A stretch of DNA of 62,499 nucleotides, the filler included. It is 12 parts of 12 records of this genome, joined end to end, with 100 filler letters (N's around TTAATTAATTAA, not from the genome) between each part and the next. Parts side by side here need not be neighbours in the genome. Positions count along the whole stretch, not along the records: positions 25,461 to 30,066 come from SRR7504441_6272; positions 30,167 to 34,497 come from SRR7504441_6274; positions 34,598 to 38,805 come from SRR7504441_6276; 9 more parts are not named here. One strand, given 5' to 3'. How positions within the stretch are numbered: position 1 is the first letter of the stretch; the number at the start of each line of letters is the position of its first letter. A program made the translations under genes and the position numbers. The notes below the pieces were generated by a model. That model had not been told where the DNA came from and ran no database searches. It saw only the letters and a list, made by a program, of their open reading frames with translations. Positions 25,461 to 35,739 of this stretch are shown here, piece after piece.

Positions 25461-25520
25461 CTGCTGCTGCTGCTGCTGCTGCTGTTGCTGTTGCTGCTGC
25501 TGCTGCTGTCGTTGCTGCTG
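25461..25520 (-). repeat. CAG/CAA polyglutamine microsatellite at the contig break
   Basis: (ctg/ttg)n run on the + strand. Confidence 0.9.
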
Positions 25521-26687
25521 CATGCGCCGGTGCTGCTGCTGGGCCTCGCCTGCGAGTTTAGCCACCGCCTGCCTCAATGCCTGGTCGCCTGCTACTGTCC
25601 GCAGGCAAGTCTCCAGCTGCCGCTTGTCGATCAGCCTGCTAAGGTACTGCTGCTGCAGCATGTCTAACTGGGCGTGCCTCTGGACCGGCACAAACTGCTT
25701 CACAGTGTCAATCACCTGCCCCACAGTCGGCTGGGGGAACGGCAACTTCCGGTGCGACTGGCTTGGCGGACGCCCCGCGCTTGTGCTGGTCTGCGCCGGC
25801 ACTTGGGCAGTCATATGGGCTGGCTGTGACTGGTCTGGCTGCACCATCGCCTGGTTTGGCAGGGCCGGGTTGGGCACTCCTGCCTGTAGCAGTTGCTGCG
25901 GAGGCATGTTAGCCATCAGCGGTTGGCCCGGCTCGGTCTGCTTGGAGACCTCTTGCAGGTGCTGGATCACCGAGGCCCAGAGTCGATTCCCCGATATGGC
26001 TCGTATGCTATGCAGCAGCCTCCTCTTGGTGTCCTGGTGGTCGCAATCTCCATGCTCAGCGGAGCGCTTGGTCTGACGCACGACCGCGCTCATCTGCTCC
26101 CACCGTTCGTGACTCACCACTGTCTTCATCAGCGCCAGGATGTCCGTTACCTGCCCGCGATCAGCGCCAAGCCGGGTCGAGCACTTAGGAGCCAACCGCC
26201 CCCTACAGAGGGACATGCAGACAAGGCAGACCACCTGGATCCTGCGGTGCGAGGAGATCGGCATTTGAGTCGCTGTGATCGGGTCGATGAAGGGCATCAT
26301 TGCTTGACCGCTGGCCAGAGGCTCCTCCTTGACTACCACAGGGAGTTGGGCGGCTTGGAAAGGATCGGGCACTGGCACCGCCGCAGGCACGTCCGGGCCT
26401 GAGATTGCCTCCGGGGCGTACTCAGGGGGTATGCTGGGCGCTGGGTCGGGCTGGGCCGAGCTCACTAGGGCGGCGGGCGGGATCTCGCTCAGGGTGGTTG
26501 GCGCCTCCCCCCCCTGTACCGGAGCGCCAACAGGATCGCCAACAGGCTCGGAGTATTCCGGTTCTTGTCCGATCGAGTCCGCGAAATCGGACGGGGGGGG
26601 TGGATCCGCCGCCGCGGGCGCTGGCCCTGGCTCGCCGGTTGACGGACGCGGGGTCAAGTTTAGCATCAGGTCAGGGTTGAAGCTCAT
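25461..26687 (-). CDS. RST-domain (TAF4/RCD1-like) protein with polyQ; 3' end truncated
   Basis: VIDTVKQFVP...LDMLQQQYLSRLIDKRQLETCLRTVAGDQALRQAV is RST-like, with a second degenerate copy upstream; Pro/Gln-rich. Confidence 0.55.
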
Positions 26688-27017
26688 CAGCCTGCGCGGG
26701 CTGGGCCATCGAGCATGCCCATCGGGCTGATTTGAAGTGTCGGGGTGCCCCCCCGCAAGCAATGCGCAATGAGCCCCGCAAGCTCGCCCGAGGTCTCGAG
26801 CCGCAAGCCGCCCGAGGGTCTCGACCGCAAGCCCACGCGCCCCCTGCACCCACGGTCCTCGGGATCAAGAAGTGACTAGCTTCCGTTGGTCAACTGTGGA
26901 CTGCGTGGGCAGAACCGCTTGCGAAATCTTGACAAGTGTTGAAGTGAACCGAGGGCGAAGGAATGAACGTCGTGGGCATTCATAATAAAGCTATATACAA
27001 CGCGCGATAATTTTTGT

Positions 27018-28013
27018 CTAGCAGTTTGCCTGCAGCAACTCGCCCAGCTTTGCTCTGAAAAGCTCCATCCACTCCATGTACACCTTGCTCTCCACAGGGT
27101 CCTTGCTCGACGGCTGCTGCATGAACAGATGCTCCCCGCCCTCCACCTGATGGTAGCTCCCCGCGACCGCCCCCAGATGGCACCAGCCGGTCATGGCGCG
27201 ATAACAGTTGGTATCCTTACTGCCCCACACCGCCACCACACTACAATCAATCACGCAGTCCTCGCCGATCTCGCCGCCCTGCGAGTAATAGAAATCCTCC
27301 CACAGCAGCGCGGCCCGGCACCGCCGCATCAGTCCAACTCCCCAACTAGACTCTAACAGCTCAGGATCCAAATCAAAGAGCGGAGAGTCGAGCAAGTCTT
27401 GCTTGAACTGGCCGTCCGGCTCCCAGCTGATTGGCAGCTCCGGCCGCAGCCGCACCTGGCAGGTGGAGCCCCTGGCCAGCACCAGCGGCTCCTCCTCGGA
27501 CAGCACGAGCAGCCCGATTGGCGGCTCGAGGCCCCTTCGGCCAAGCTCGCGCGCCAGTTCGTATGCCAGCAGCGCGCCGGCCGAGACGCCGAGCAGCGCG
27601 AATGCGGCGTCCGACGGGAAGAACGCGGCCACCAGCTGGTCCACTAGCACCGGCAGCTCGGCCACCGGCAGCTCGTCGGTCGGCCGGCTCCCGTGCCCCG
27701 GGAGCTCGACAGCGACCAGCTCCCACGCCGGGCCGACTTGGTCCTGCCAGCCCCGGAACATGCCCGACGACGACCCGGCCGCGTGCAGGCAGAACAGCCG
27801 CGGCGTGCCGGGTGGGCCTGCACGGTGCGTCTTGGGATGTATCCACGGCGCCGACGGGCGGCTCGGGAGCGCTTCGCCGTCCGATGCGAAATAGGCGGTG
27901 AGCGCGTTTCGACTCCAGTGCTCGGCCCCCGGCGGGGCCTCCAGCCCCAAGAGCGCGTGCTCCTCCTCCAGGGCGGCGATTAACTCTGCCCGGTCCGCCA
28001 CACGGCTCTCCAT
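27018..28013 (-). CDS. Type II thioesterase (GrsT/RifR-like alpha/beta hydrolase)
   Basis: LFCLHAAGSSSGMFRGW, VELPGHGSR, GVSAG nucleophile elbow, GGEHLF catalytic His. Confidence 0.85.
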   Translation of the reverse strand: MESRVADRAELIAALEEEHALLGLEAPPGAEHWSRNALTAYFASDGEALPSRPSAPWIHPKTHRAGPPGTPRLFCLHAAGSSSGMFRGWQDQVGPAWELVAVELPGHGSRPTDELPVAELPVLVDQLVAAFFPSDAAFALLGVSAGALLAYELARELGRRGLEPPIGLLVLSEEEPLVLARGSTCQVRLRPELPISWEPDGQFKQDLLDSPLFDLDPELLESSWGVGLMRRCRAALLWEDFYYSQGGEIGEDCVIDCSVVAVWGSKDTNCYRAMTGWCHLGAVAGSYHQVEGGEHLFMQQPSSKDPVESKVYMEWMELFRAKLGELLQANC

Positions 28014-28100
28014 TGCGGATCCCTGGAGCAACGGACAAACTGTCAGTTGCTTCAGCGTCGTCCGCATCGACCCTCCTTGTCCGGCAGCCTACCTCCAACC

Positions 28101-28319
28101 ATGGGTGAGATGGCTGTGAACGATCAGATCCTGCTCGGGTCATGCCTGGCGTTGATAGCGTGCTGCATCATCACCGTCTGGCTCGTCTGCATCTACGGCG
28201 GCCTCCGGCATCAGGAGGAAGTGGACCCAGACACCATGCCGCTCCAAGGAACCGCCACCAAGGACGAAATCAACCCAGCCGCCGCCGAGACCGAGGCTAC
28301 CGCCGACGAGCAGATGTAA
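28101..28319 (+). CDS. Small single-pass membrane protein
   Basis: ATG 28101; hydrophobic ILLGSCLALIACCIITVWLVCIY; acidic tail; GC3-biased codons. Confidence 0.5.
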   Translation: MGEMAVNDQILLGSCLALIACCIITVWLVCIYGGLRHQEEVDPDTMPLQGTATKDEINPAAAETEATADEQM

Positions 28320-28346
28320 ATCTGCTCGTGGGCCATCAGCTACCGA

Positions 28347-28916
28347 ATGCGAGTGCTGCTTGTCCCCGGGAGTGGTCAGCACCTCGCCTCCGGTTGCTGC
28401 TGGTAGGGGAACGAGCTGGGGGCGGGTTTGGGCGTGCGAGTGCTGGAGATGCCGGACCCGTGGCGGTCGCGCGAGGCGGCTTGGTTGCCGTCCTTGCGGG
28501 CGTAGGGGGTGGATGAGGAGACGGTGGTGATTGGGCACAGCACGGGCGGGGATGCGGTGCTTAGGTTGTTGGAGGAGACTCGGGGCTCGGGCGCGGTTAT
28601 TGTGTCGGCGGGGCCGTCAGAAGAGGATCTGAGGATGAGCCGGGCGGGGGAGGGAATGGGGTATTATGATAGGCCGTGGCGATGGGAGGCGATCCGAGTA
28701 AACTGTAGCTGGCTAGTGCAGCAGCTGCTGGATCATTTGGACGATCCGTGTATATCTTTCGAGGTGGCGAGGGGCATTGCGCGAAGCCTGCAGGTGGTGG
28801 AGGCGGGCGGTCAGTTCGAGTATGGAATGGACGGGCCAGAGTGGTCGCCACATTTTATGGATGCGACCTTTTGGCTGCTTGTGGACACGATTAGGTCCGA
28901 AAAGCTCGAGTTGTAA
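28347..28916 (+). pseudogene. RBBP9/YdeN-like serine hydrolase interrupted by two in-frame TAG codons
   Basis: MRVLLVPGSG...CCW*G...MPDPWRSREAAWLP..A*GVDEETVVIGHSTG...GYYDRPWRWEAIR; TAG at 28404 and 28503. Confidence 0.7.
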
Positions 28917-29013
28917 TTATTTATGTTAGTTGTTTAGACGTGGATGGACTTTATGTTCATCCATGGGCGCCTCGATTAAAATTCAACACATTTATAACCT
29001 TTGAAAAGAGTTT

Positions 29014-30027
29014 CTAGTTGCGGCGGCGGTTGGCCTCGATTTGCTTGCTTGTGGCTGATATCAAATCCCCAAGCACTAGAGCCTGCGCCGGGGTCAGGCT
29101 GACCACCTGCGGGGCGTCCGAATCCGTTGGCGTCGGCTGCCGTTGCACCCGCCAGTCCGGCTGGTCCCAAGACGGCAGCCCGATTGAATATTCACGTGCT
29201 GTCCATCGGAGCCCCATCGCACTAGCCACCCCGACTCCGATCCTCAGCGCCAGCCCTACCTGCAACGACCGAGCCGCCATGTACGTCGCCGCCCCCACCA
29301 GCGCCGTGCACGCGTACAGCTCCTTTTTCGAATGCAGGATCCGGCCGCGGGCGAGCGAGCCTTGCCCCGGCAGGCCGCAGATCACATCGCGGGTAAGCCC
29401 TCCAAACGTGGCGCTGCTCACACCACAGAGCACCGACAGCCCCGGGTGCACCCCCATCCGGCAGCCGTTCATCGCCCCGATCACCGCGAACGCGCCCACT
29501 CCCATCGTATCTCCCCACCACATCAGCGGCCCTTCGTTCCCAGCCTCGTCCTTCAGCCAGCTGCTCGCCGTTTCGCCAGCCGGCAGCTGCGGCCAGAGGA
29601 AGAATGCGGCGCAGGCGGCCGCGCTGGCCATCCAGAGGTACTCGGGCTCTTCTATCCAGAAGGGCTGCTTGTGCAGGATCACAGCGTCGCGCAACGTTCC
29701 CCCGCCAACCGCGGTGATGCATCCAATCGTGGTGGCCCCGAACAGATCGAGTCCGCAGGTGGCGCCCGTGATCGCCCCGGACGCGGCAAAGAACACCGTG
29801 CCCACCCAGTCCGCACCCCGGAGTAACCCAGCTGGCGAGCCCGCAGTCGGATACCGAGGCATGCCGTCCCTCTCCCCGCCAACCCCGGTAGCCCAGCCGC
29901 CCAGCCGGGGGTATTCGCTCACTGCCTCGCTGGATGACCGCCGCATCTGGTCCTGGGCGCACCGGCCCACCGGTGCGCCCAGCCGACGCGCGTTAAGCCC
30001 CGCGGCTAGCCGACGCACGCCGAGCAT
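29014..30027 (-). CDS. UPF0126/TRIC (YadS-like) membrane protein with an Arg-rich N-terminal presequence
   Basis: DWVGTVFFAASG..LDLFG..TAVGGGTLRD and the second repeat DTMGVGAFAVIG..ATFGGLTRDV. Confidence 0.88.
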   Translation of the reverse strand: MLGVRRLAAGLNARRLGAPVGRCAQDQMRRSSSEAVSEYPRLGGWATGVGGERDGMPRYPTAGSPAGLLRGADWVGTVFFAASGAITGATCGLDLFGATTIGCITAVGGGTLRDAVILHKQPFWIEEPEYLWMASAAACAAFFLWPQLPAGETASSWLKDEAGNEGPLMWWGDTMGVGAFAVIGAMNGCRMGVHPGLSVLCGVSSATFGGLTRDVICGLPGQGSLARGRILHSKKELYACTALVGAATYMAARSLQVGLALRIGVGVASAMGLRWTAREYSIGLPSWDQPDWRVQRQPTPTDSDAPQVVSLTPAQALVLGDLISATSKQIEANRRRN

Positions 30028-30498
30028 TTTTGACTACTAGTACTAGTAGCCCCGTTGCTCGCGATGNNNNNNNNNNNNNNNNNNNNNNNNNNNNNNNNNN
30101 NNNNNNNNNNTTAATTAATTAANNNNNNNNNNNNNNNNNNNNNNNNNNNNNNNNNNNNNNNNNNNNCGCAACCGTGGCACGAGCGACCAGCTCGGCTAGA
30201 TCGAACAGACCGCGGCCGTAATCTGGGCCATAAGCAGATGCTACATAATTATCTTGGACAATGAGGGTACAATGAGGGGGCAGGCTTCCCGGGGAAGGCT
30301 GTTCTGAAACTGGCTGTTGCCGCAGGTGCCGCCCGCCGCGCCCCGGGCCGGCCACGCCGCGACGTCGACGTCGCCAAGTGCGCAGGCGCCGGTACAACCT
30401 GATGAATCATGATCAGGCTGCAGCTCAGGCTGTACCTGCCTGGGAATAATAAATCCGCGGGACTCAGAAACGACAGTTGAAGGCGAGTGCTCTCCAAG

Positions 30499-31590
30499 AT
30501 GGCTGCCCCGTCCCGCGACTCCGACTCCCTCGGTCTGGCTGATGCCGCCCAGACGATGAGCCCGGCGCATTCGCGGCTTCAGGAGCTCAGCCACCGCATG
30601 ACCGCGGTGCACGATGACTTCGACGCCGAGAAGAAGGCTCGGAGCAGCGTGATGGAGCTCAAGTGCCGCGCGATCGACGAGAAGATCATGCGGAACAAGC
30701 GGACCGAGGACGAGCGTCTCAAGCCGGTCTACATTCTGATCGAGCGCCTCGGCCTCGATATCGGCAGCGAGCGCGACCACCTGAACTATCTGGACCACAA
30801 GCTCAACGAGGACGTCAAGGACCTGGAGAAGCGCATGAACGACGAGATCCAGGACCAGGCCAACCAGCGCCGGGCCCTCGAGTCCAAGATCACCAAGCAG
30901 ATCGACCAGGCCTGCATCAACCTGCGTGAGGACTTTGCCCGTGAGAAGGAGCGCCGTGACGAGTCGCAGAAGCGCCGCGAGAAGAAGGTGGCCGACGAGA
31001 TCCTGCGCATCACCGAGTCGCTGGACATCGAGCGGAAGAACCGGCTGGCAGGCGAGAGCGGCATCTACATCAAGATGACTGAGAAGCTGCGCGACGTTGA
31101 GAACGCCTTGCTCGATGAGCGCAAGGGCCGCGTCGAGCTGGAGACTGTGTTCTCCGAGGCCCTGGAGGAGAAGGCACTGATTGTTCAGCTGGAGATGGCA
31201 CAGGAGAAGAAGATCCGCCAGGAGAACGCCAAGAACACCTGGGCTGGCTTCCGCGACGCCATGGACCGGCTGGGCGGCAAGCTGCAGTCTGAGGAGGAGC
31301 AGCGCCAGGCAGACGAGGAGGCTCTGATTAAGAAGCTGCTGGCAGACATTAACGAGGTGCACAACGGCATCAAGTGCGAGGGCGTGATCCGGCAGCGGAG
31401 CGAGTCGCACATCGTTCAGGTGCTCGAGGACATGTGCGGCAAGCTGCACGAGGAGATCAACGCCGAGCGCAAGGACCGGCAGCGGACAGAGGAGGTCTTC
31501 ATGAAGCTGCTCGACGAGACCTGTGAGTCGATCGCGCTCCGCGCCAGCAGCAAGACCCTGGTTGAGCTCACCCGCCAGGCCGGAAACTAA
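30499..31590 (+). CDS. SF-assemblin/beta-giardin-like coiled-coil protein
   Basis: Short head SPAHSRLQELS, periodic ERxxR coiled coil, C-terminal ERKDRQRTEEVFMKLLDETC; strong codon bias. Confidence 0.7.
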   Translation: MAAPSRDSDSLGLADAAQTMSPAHSRLQELSHRMTAVHDDFDAEKKARSSVMELKCRAIDEKIMRNKRTEDERLKPVYILIERLGLDIGSERDHLNYLDHKLNEDVKDLEKRMNDEIQDQANQRRALESKITKQIDQACINLREDFAREKERRDESQKRREKKVADEILRITESLDIERKNRLAGESGIYIKMTEKLRDVENALLDERKGRVELETVFSEALEEKALIVQLEMAQEKKIRQENAKNTWAGFRDAMDRLGGKLQSEEEQRQADEEALIKKLLADINEVHNGIKCEGVIRQRSESHIVQVLEDMCGKLHEEINAERKDRQRTEEVFMKLLDETCESIALRASSKTLVELTRQAGN

Positions 31591-31915
31591 GCTACTTCTC
31601 TAGGCTCTCGACTCTTTTGACTCTTTTGTTGTCTTTAGTCAAATATTATACGAGTATACTCATCAATTGTATTAATTTATATATTCATTGCTCAGGTACA
31701 TATGCGCGCGACCGCTGCGCGCTAATGTACTCGCTATGTGTAAACTTATGCTAGTGCAATTGCCCAGTTTGGCCGGCATGAGGCGGTGCCTCGGCGTTGC
31801 CTCGGCCTCCGGCCCTCATCGGAGCCTAACTGACGGACTTACCACTGCTCGTACTCGTAGCCTATAAAGTTCTGTTATATAACATGGAGAAAATAAAACC
31901 ATATAGAAACCATGG

Positions 31916-34401
31916 TCAATGGGCAAATCCCCACACCTGTCCAAGCTCACCCGGGTGGCATAGGCTGGGTGCACCTCTATCTTCTCCGGAGCTGTCACAT
32001 GCGCGCCCGCTAGCAGAGATGAAATCAGCGGGTCACCTGGCCAAACATCCGCCCCGAAATACCACGCCCACAGCACCTGACGCTATCCCGGCGCTATAGC
32101 TATTCTCGAGCTCGGACGCACAGGTGCGGAAATCATCCTGTTAACCATCAGTCAATGATACACATTATGGCTCACCTTGAAGCACAGGTCGTGTATCCCC
32201 CAGGTGATCGCCTCCGGAGACGCCCACAGACAGCACGACTTGGTCCCGTGCGGATTATACACAATCTGCCCACCGCTCCCCCCCCCCCCCTTGCTGGGCT
32301 TTGCCTTGAGGTCGTGGGGGACCAAAGAGTAAAGGAACGACTTGGGCGTGCCAAATCGCGTGGCGTTCCGGTTCCAAGAGGTGGCCGCAAACCCGCCAAA
32401 CACATGCTCGCCTACCCGAGCCACCAGCAGCGTTGGGCCCACCCCATCGCAGTGTGCGTGGAACAGGTCCATCGAGAACCCATCCTGCCTCCAATCAAGC
32501 TCGTCCCACCGCCAGGCTCACCCGGTCCGAGCTGTACAAAAGCTCGGTGTCTGGCTCGTCACAAAAGGCAATCGCATAGTAGATTGTTACTGCCTGCGAG
32601 CTAGACAGGATCGAGGAGCCACGAAACGGGGTCTGAGCCTTGGGCTGGATCCCGATGCTGCAGCACAACGGTAACCCCCGCGCCCCAAGCTCCCTCACTC
32701 CAGAATGGACCGCCGCTGCGCCTCTGCCAGCATGCGTAGAGACTTTCCGACTGCCACCGGTTGCTCTGCAGCCCTCACTCAGGGCGGGCAGCTGCTCATC
32801 CGGGTTGCCTGTGGCGACTGGGGCCTGTAAAGCGCTGCTCGCCAGCTCAGGAACCACCGTCGGAGCGGCTAGTGCTGCCGGTAGAGCTCAGTGGCTGGCG
32901 ACCGGCTCGCGCACCCTGCCCGGCAGCAGGCGAGCACTTTGGCTCCAGTCGGCCCTCAATCACAATATCTGAATCCACCGAGGCTGCCAGCCAGCTCAGC
33001 AGAGTCAACGTGGGCGGAACCGTCCACAGTTGGGAGCGCGACGGCCCGGAGCGCCTCCCGGTGGGTCTGGTGCCGTGCCCATGCCTCGCAAAACTCGATT
33101 GGGGCCATAATCTGCCCAGCATATGCACCGAGGCAACCACCCAGGACACACCCTCTGCTGCTCAGCTAGGAGTGCCTCGGCCACATCCATGTCCTGAAGC
33201 TGCCGGCGCACCTCCATCTCGCCCGACAGCAGCTGCTGCAGCTTGCCTGCCCCCCGTTGAGGCGCAGTTGTTCCGGATGGGCACCTTGCGTGATCCGCTG
33301 CAGCTGCACCAGGGCGGCCTGGACCGCCGCAAACAATTGCTCCTCTATCTCTGTTGCGTTTTGGTTGACGCGCTCAGCCGACGCGGCCAGTGTGGCCACC
33401 TGCCACCGGTGAGACACAGGCGCTGCCTCCGAAGCCACCGTCGACTCGAGTTTTGCCCTGTGCCGAGCGCAGAGCGAATCAGTCTGTGTTGATGCAGCCA
33501 GCGCCGCCTCATATGATAGTCGCACTTGACTTATCCGACCCTTGGCTTCCGTGATCGCTGAGGTGATTGCGTCTGCAGCAATGCTGCCCGGCTGTCCAGT
33601 TGTGGCTCAGTCTGAGCTCAGCAGCAGGGCTTGCCTTCATTCCAGCGAGCATGCGCTCCATCTCCGCCACCTCAGCTTCCTCAGTCTGCATCGCCCCGGT
33701 CTCGCGCTGCTTCTCTCTCTCCATATCCCAACGCACAAAGAAGCGCGGCATCACCTGCCTCGCCCTCAGCACCGCAGCCTCATCATACCCTGGCCTGGGC
33801 GGCATCATAGACTCTGTAACGGTACAGCGCTGGCGGAGACTTGTCCGGCGACCCCAGCACCAGGTGCGAATCGTACCCGGGCTCCAGCTCCGGAGCCTCG
33901 CCCAGTTCGGCCTCTTCGACACAGAGCGCCCGCCCGATCCCGATGGTGCAGAATACCACCTGCGGCCGGTTGTGGGCGAGAGGAGACACAGCCGGTGCAC
34001 CTCGCGTGGAGCCGGCGAGGGCAGTGAGCTGGTCAGTGTGAGCCCGGAACGCCGGACCTGGAACCCATCGGCACAGATTTCCTCCAGACCGCCCGGCAGC
34101 TGGTTGGGGTTGATCCAACCGTCGATCTGGGCCATACCCTGCAGCCTAACCTCGGCCAGCTCAGGCCGGGCCGGCTGCCTCGCAGCGTCTCTGGAACGCG
34201 AGAGTCGACTTGGGGTTGGAGATTGACCAGAGACCGATAACGTGCGCCCGCGGGCTGCGAAGCGCCGCCTGCAGCTTCTGTTCGATCATCGCCAGGCTGC
34301 GGTCGTCTCCCATCGCTGCGTCTGCCCCGAGCGGTCAGACCCGACGGCTGACTGCTTGGTGTCGCACCGCCCAGCTCCGAACCAGCCAACTGATCCACCA
34401 T
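31916..34401 (-). CDS. TLDc-domain protein (multi-exon; N-terminal exon structure uncertain)
   Basis: Spliced C-terminus LLYSSDRDGFSMDLFHAHCDGVGPTLLV..VFGGFAATSW..SFLYSL..EKIEVWGF*. Confidence 0.75.
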
Positions 34402-34869
34402 CTCGCCGCTGCTGCGGTGCGCCCCGGGCTTCTTAAATTTATAACTTGTAGATCTACCAGGCCTAGGTACGTCGTAAGTGGGTATTTAATGAGAAGCNNN
34501 NNNNNNNNNNNNNNNNNNNNNNNNNNNNNNNNNNNNNNNNNTTAATTAATTAANNNNNNNNNNNNNNNNNNNNNNNNNNNNNNNNNNNNNNNNNNNNCCC
34601 CGAAGTATGCCTCCAGCAGCTCCCGTCATCTCGTTTGCCTCCGACACCACCGAAGATCATCGTATGGCGTGACTGCTCTGCCCAGACGCTTGGCTTCTCT
34701 TGGGGATCGGACGTCACCGCTCAGAGTCACAAGTATGGCTGGCTCAAGCGGCACCTCAAGGCGAGCGGCGCCGACGGTCACACCACTGACCAGTGAGCAT
34801 CTGGTTCATATTAGGCGTGTAATTAGTCTACCAATAAAGCGAATTGAGTCTCAAAGACCATTTTATATG

Positions 34870-35550
34870 TCATGCACTACACTTCAACCTAAGGTGCTTA
34901 TTCTCCTCTAAGGAAAGTCTCAGCCGTTGCTTCAAATCTGCTATTTCCTCTTTGAACTGATTGGCGTGGGACTCGCGGCGACTTAAAAGCAACAACTTCT
35001 CTTGCACCAGTGTATCTAGTTGCTCCTGCAGAGATTGGTTTTGGGTTTGAGCATCTCTCTTTTGGCGGATCGCATCGCTCAGCATCGCCTTGAGGCAATG
35101 GATCCTTTCATTGGCACGGGCCAGCTCATGGTGGGGCTCTTGCTCTGCTGCTAACAGGCCGAGCTGATCCTGCTGGGAGCTGACTCGGTTGAATTCCATC
35201 TTGCTCTGCATCGCGGCAACACGACTGCGCACTGTTGGCTTTGCCCGACGCGCCTCCTCCTCAGCCAGCTTCTTCCATGAGCTGAGCTGCTGCTTGAGAT
35301 CGCCGATCTCGCGATCCCTCTCGGCCAGTATATCGTTGCTGGACGACTCGCTCAGCATGCGCTCCACGTGCAGGCTGCGCACTCCCTCGATCACCATGTC
35401 GCGAGTGCCGTCCAGCGATCCTAACAGCTGCTCCACCAGTTGCGCCTGGGCTGGTGTGAGGCTGGGTCGATCCTGGGGCCCGGAGTAGGCCAACTGCTCG
35501 GCCTGCAGCCCAAGTCCAGCCTCATGATCAGCCTCCTCCCCGGCTTGCAT
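34870..35550 (-). CDS. Coiled-coil hypothetical protein
   Basis: Open frame with heptad-like E/Q/K/L composition. Confidence 0.5.
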   Translation of the reverse strand: MQAGEEADHEAGLGLQAEQLAYSGPQDRPSLTPAQAQLVEQLLGSLDGTRDMVIEGVRSLHVERMLSESSSNDILAERDREIGDLKQQLSSWKKLAEEEARRAKPTVRSRVAAMQSKMEFNRVSSQQDQLGLLAAEQEPHHELARANERIHCLKAMLSDAIRQKRDAQTQNQSLQEQLDTLVQEKLLLLSRRESHANQFKEEIADLKQRLRLSLEENKHLRLKCSA

Positions 35551-35739
35551 CCTCGGTGCGCCCAGGCACCACTGTCTGGGCCCTTGCAACGGGGCGCTGT
35601 CGCTAACTTCCGTTAACGACCTTTTAGGCGGGCCTCCTCGCTAGAGATCCTGAGTACGTACGAATGTGTTCTATGGATCATATATGGTAATATATGGAAC
35701 ATCGAGATCATTTGGAAAATCATTTAGTTTTAATCAGTA

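Noticed and set aside
28404-28505. Genome-wide TAG reassignment
   Set aside because: SPT6, calpain, PDZ, cytochrome b561 and TSNAXIP1-like genes end at TAG in sensible positions
27018-28916. Thioesterase plus hydrolase as a secondary-metabolite cluster
   Set aside because: No PKS/NRPS domains are present on the contig
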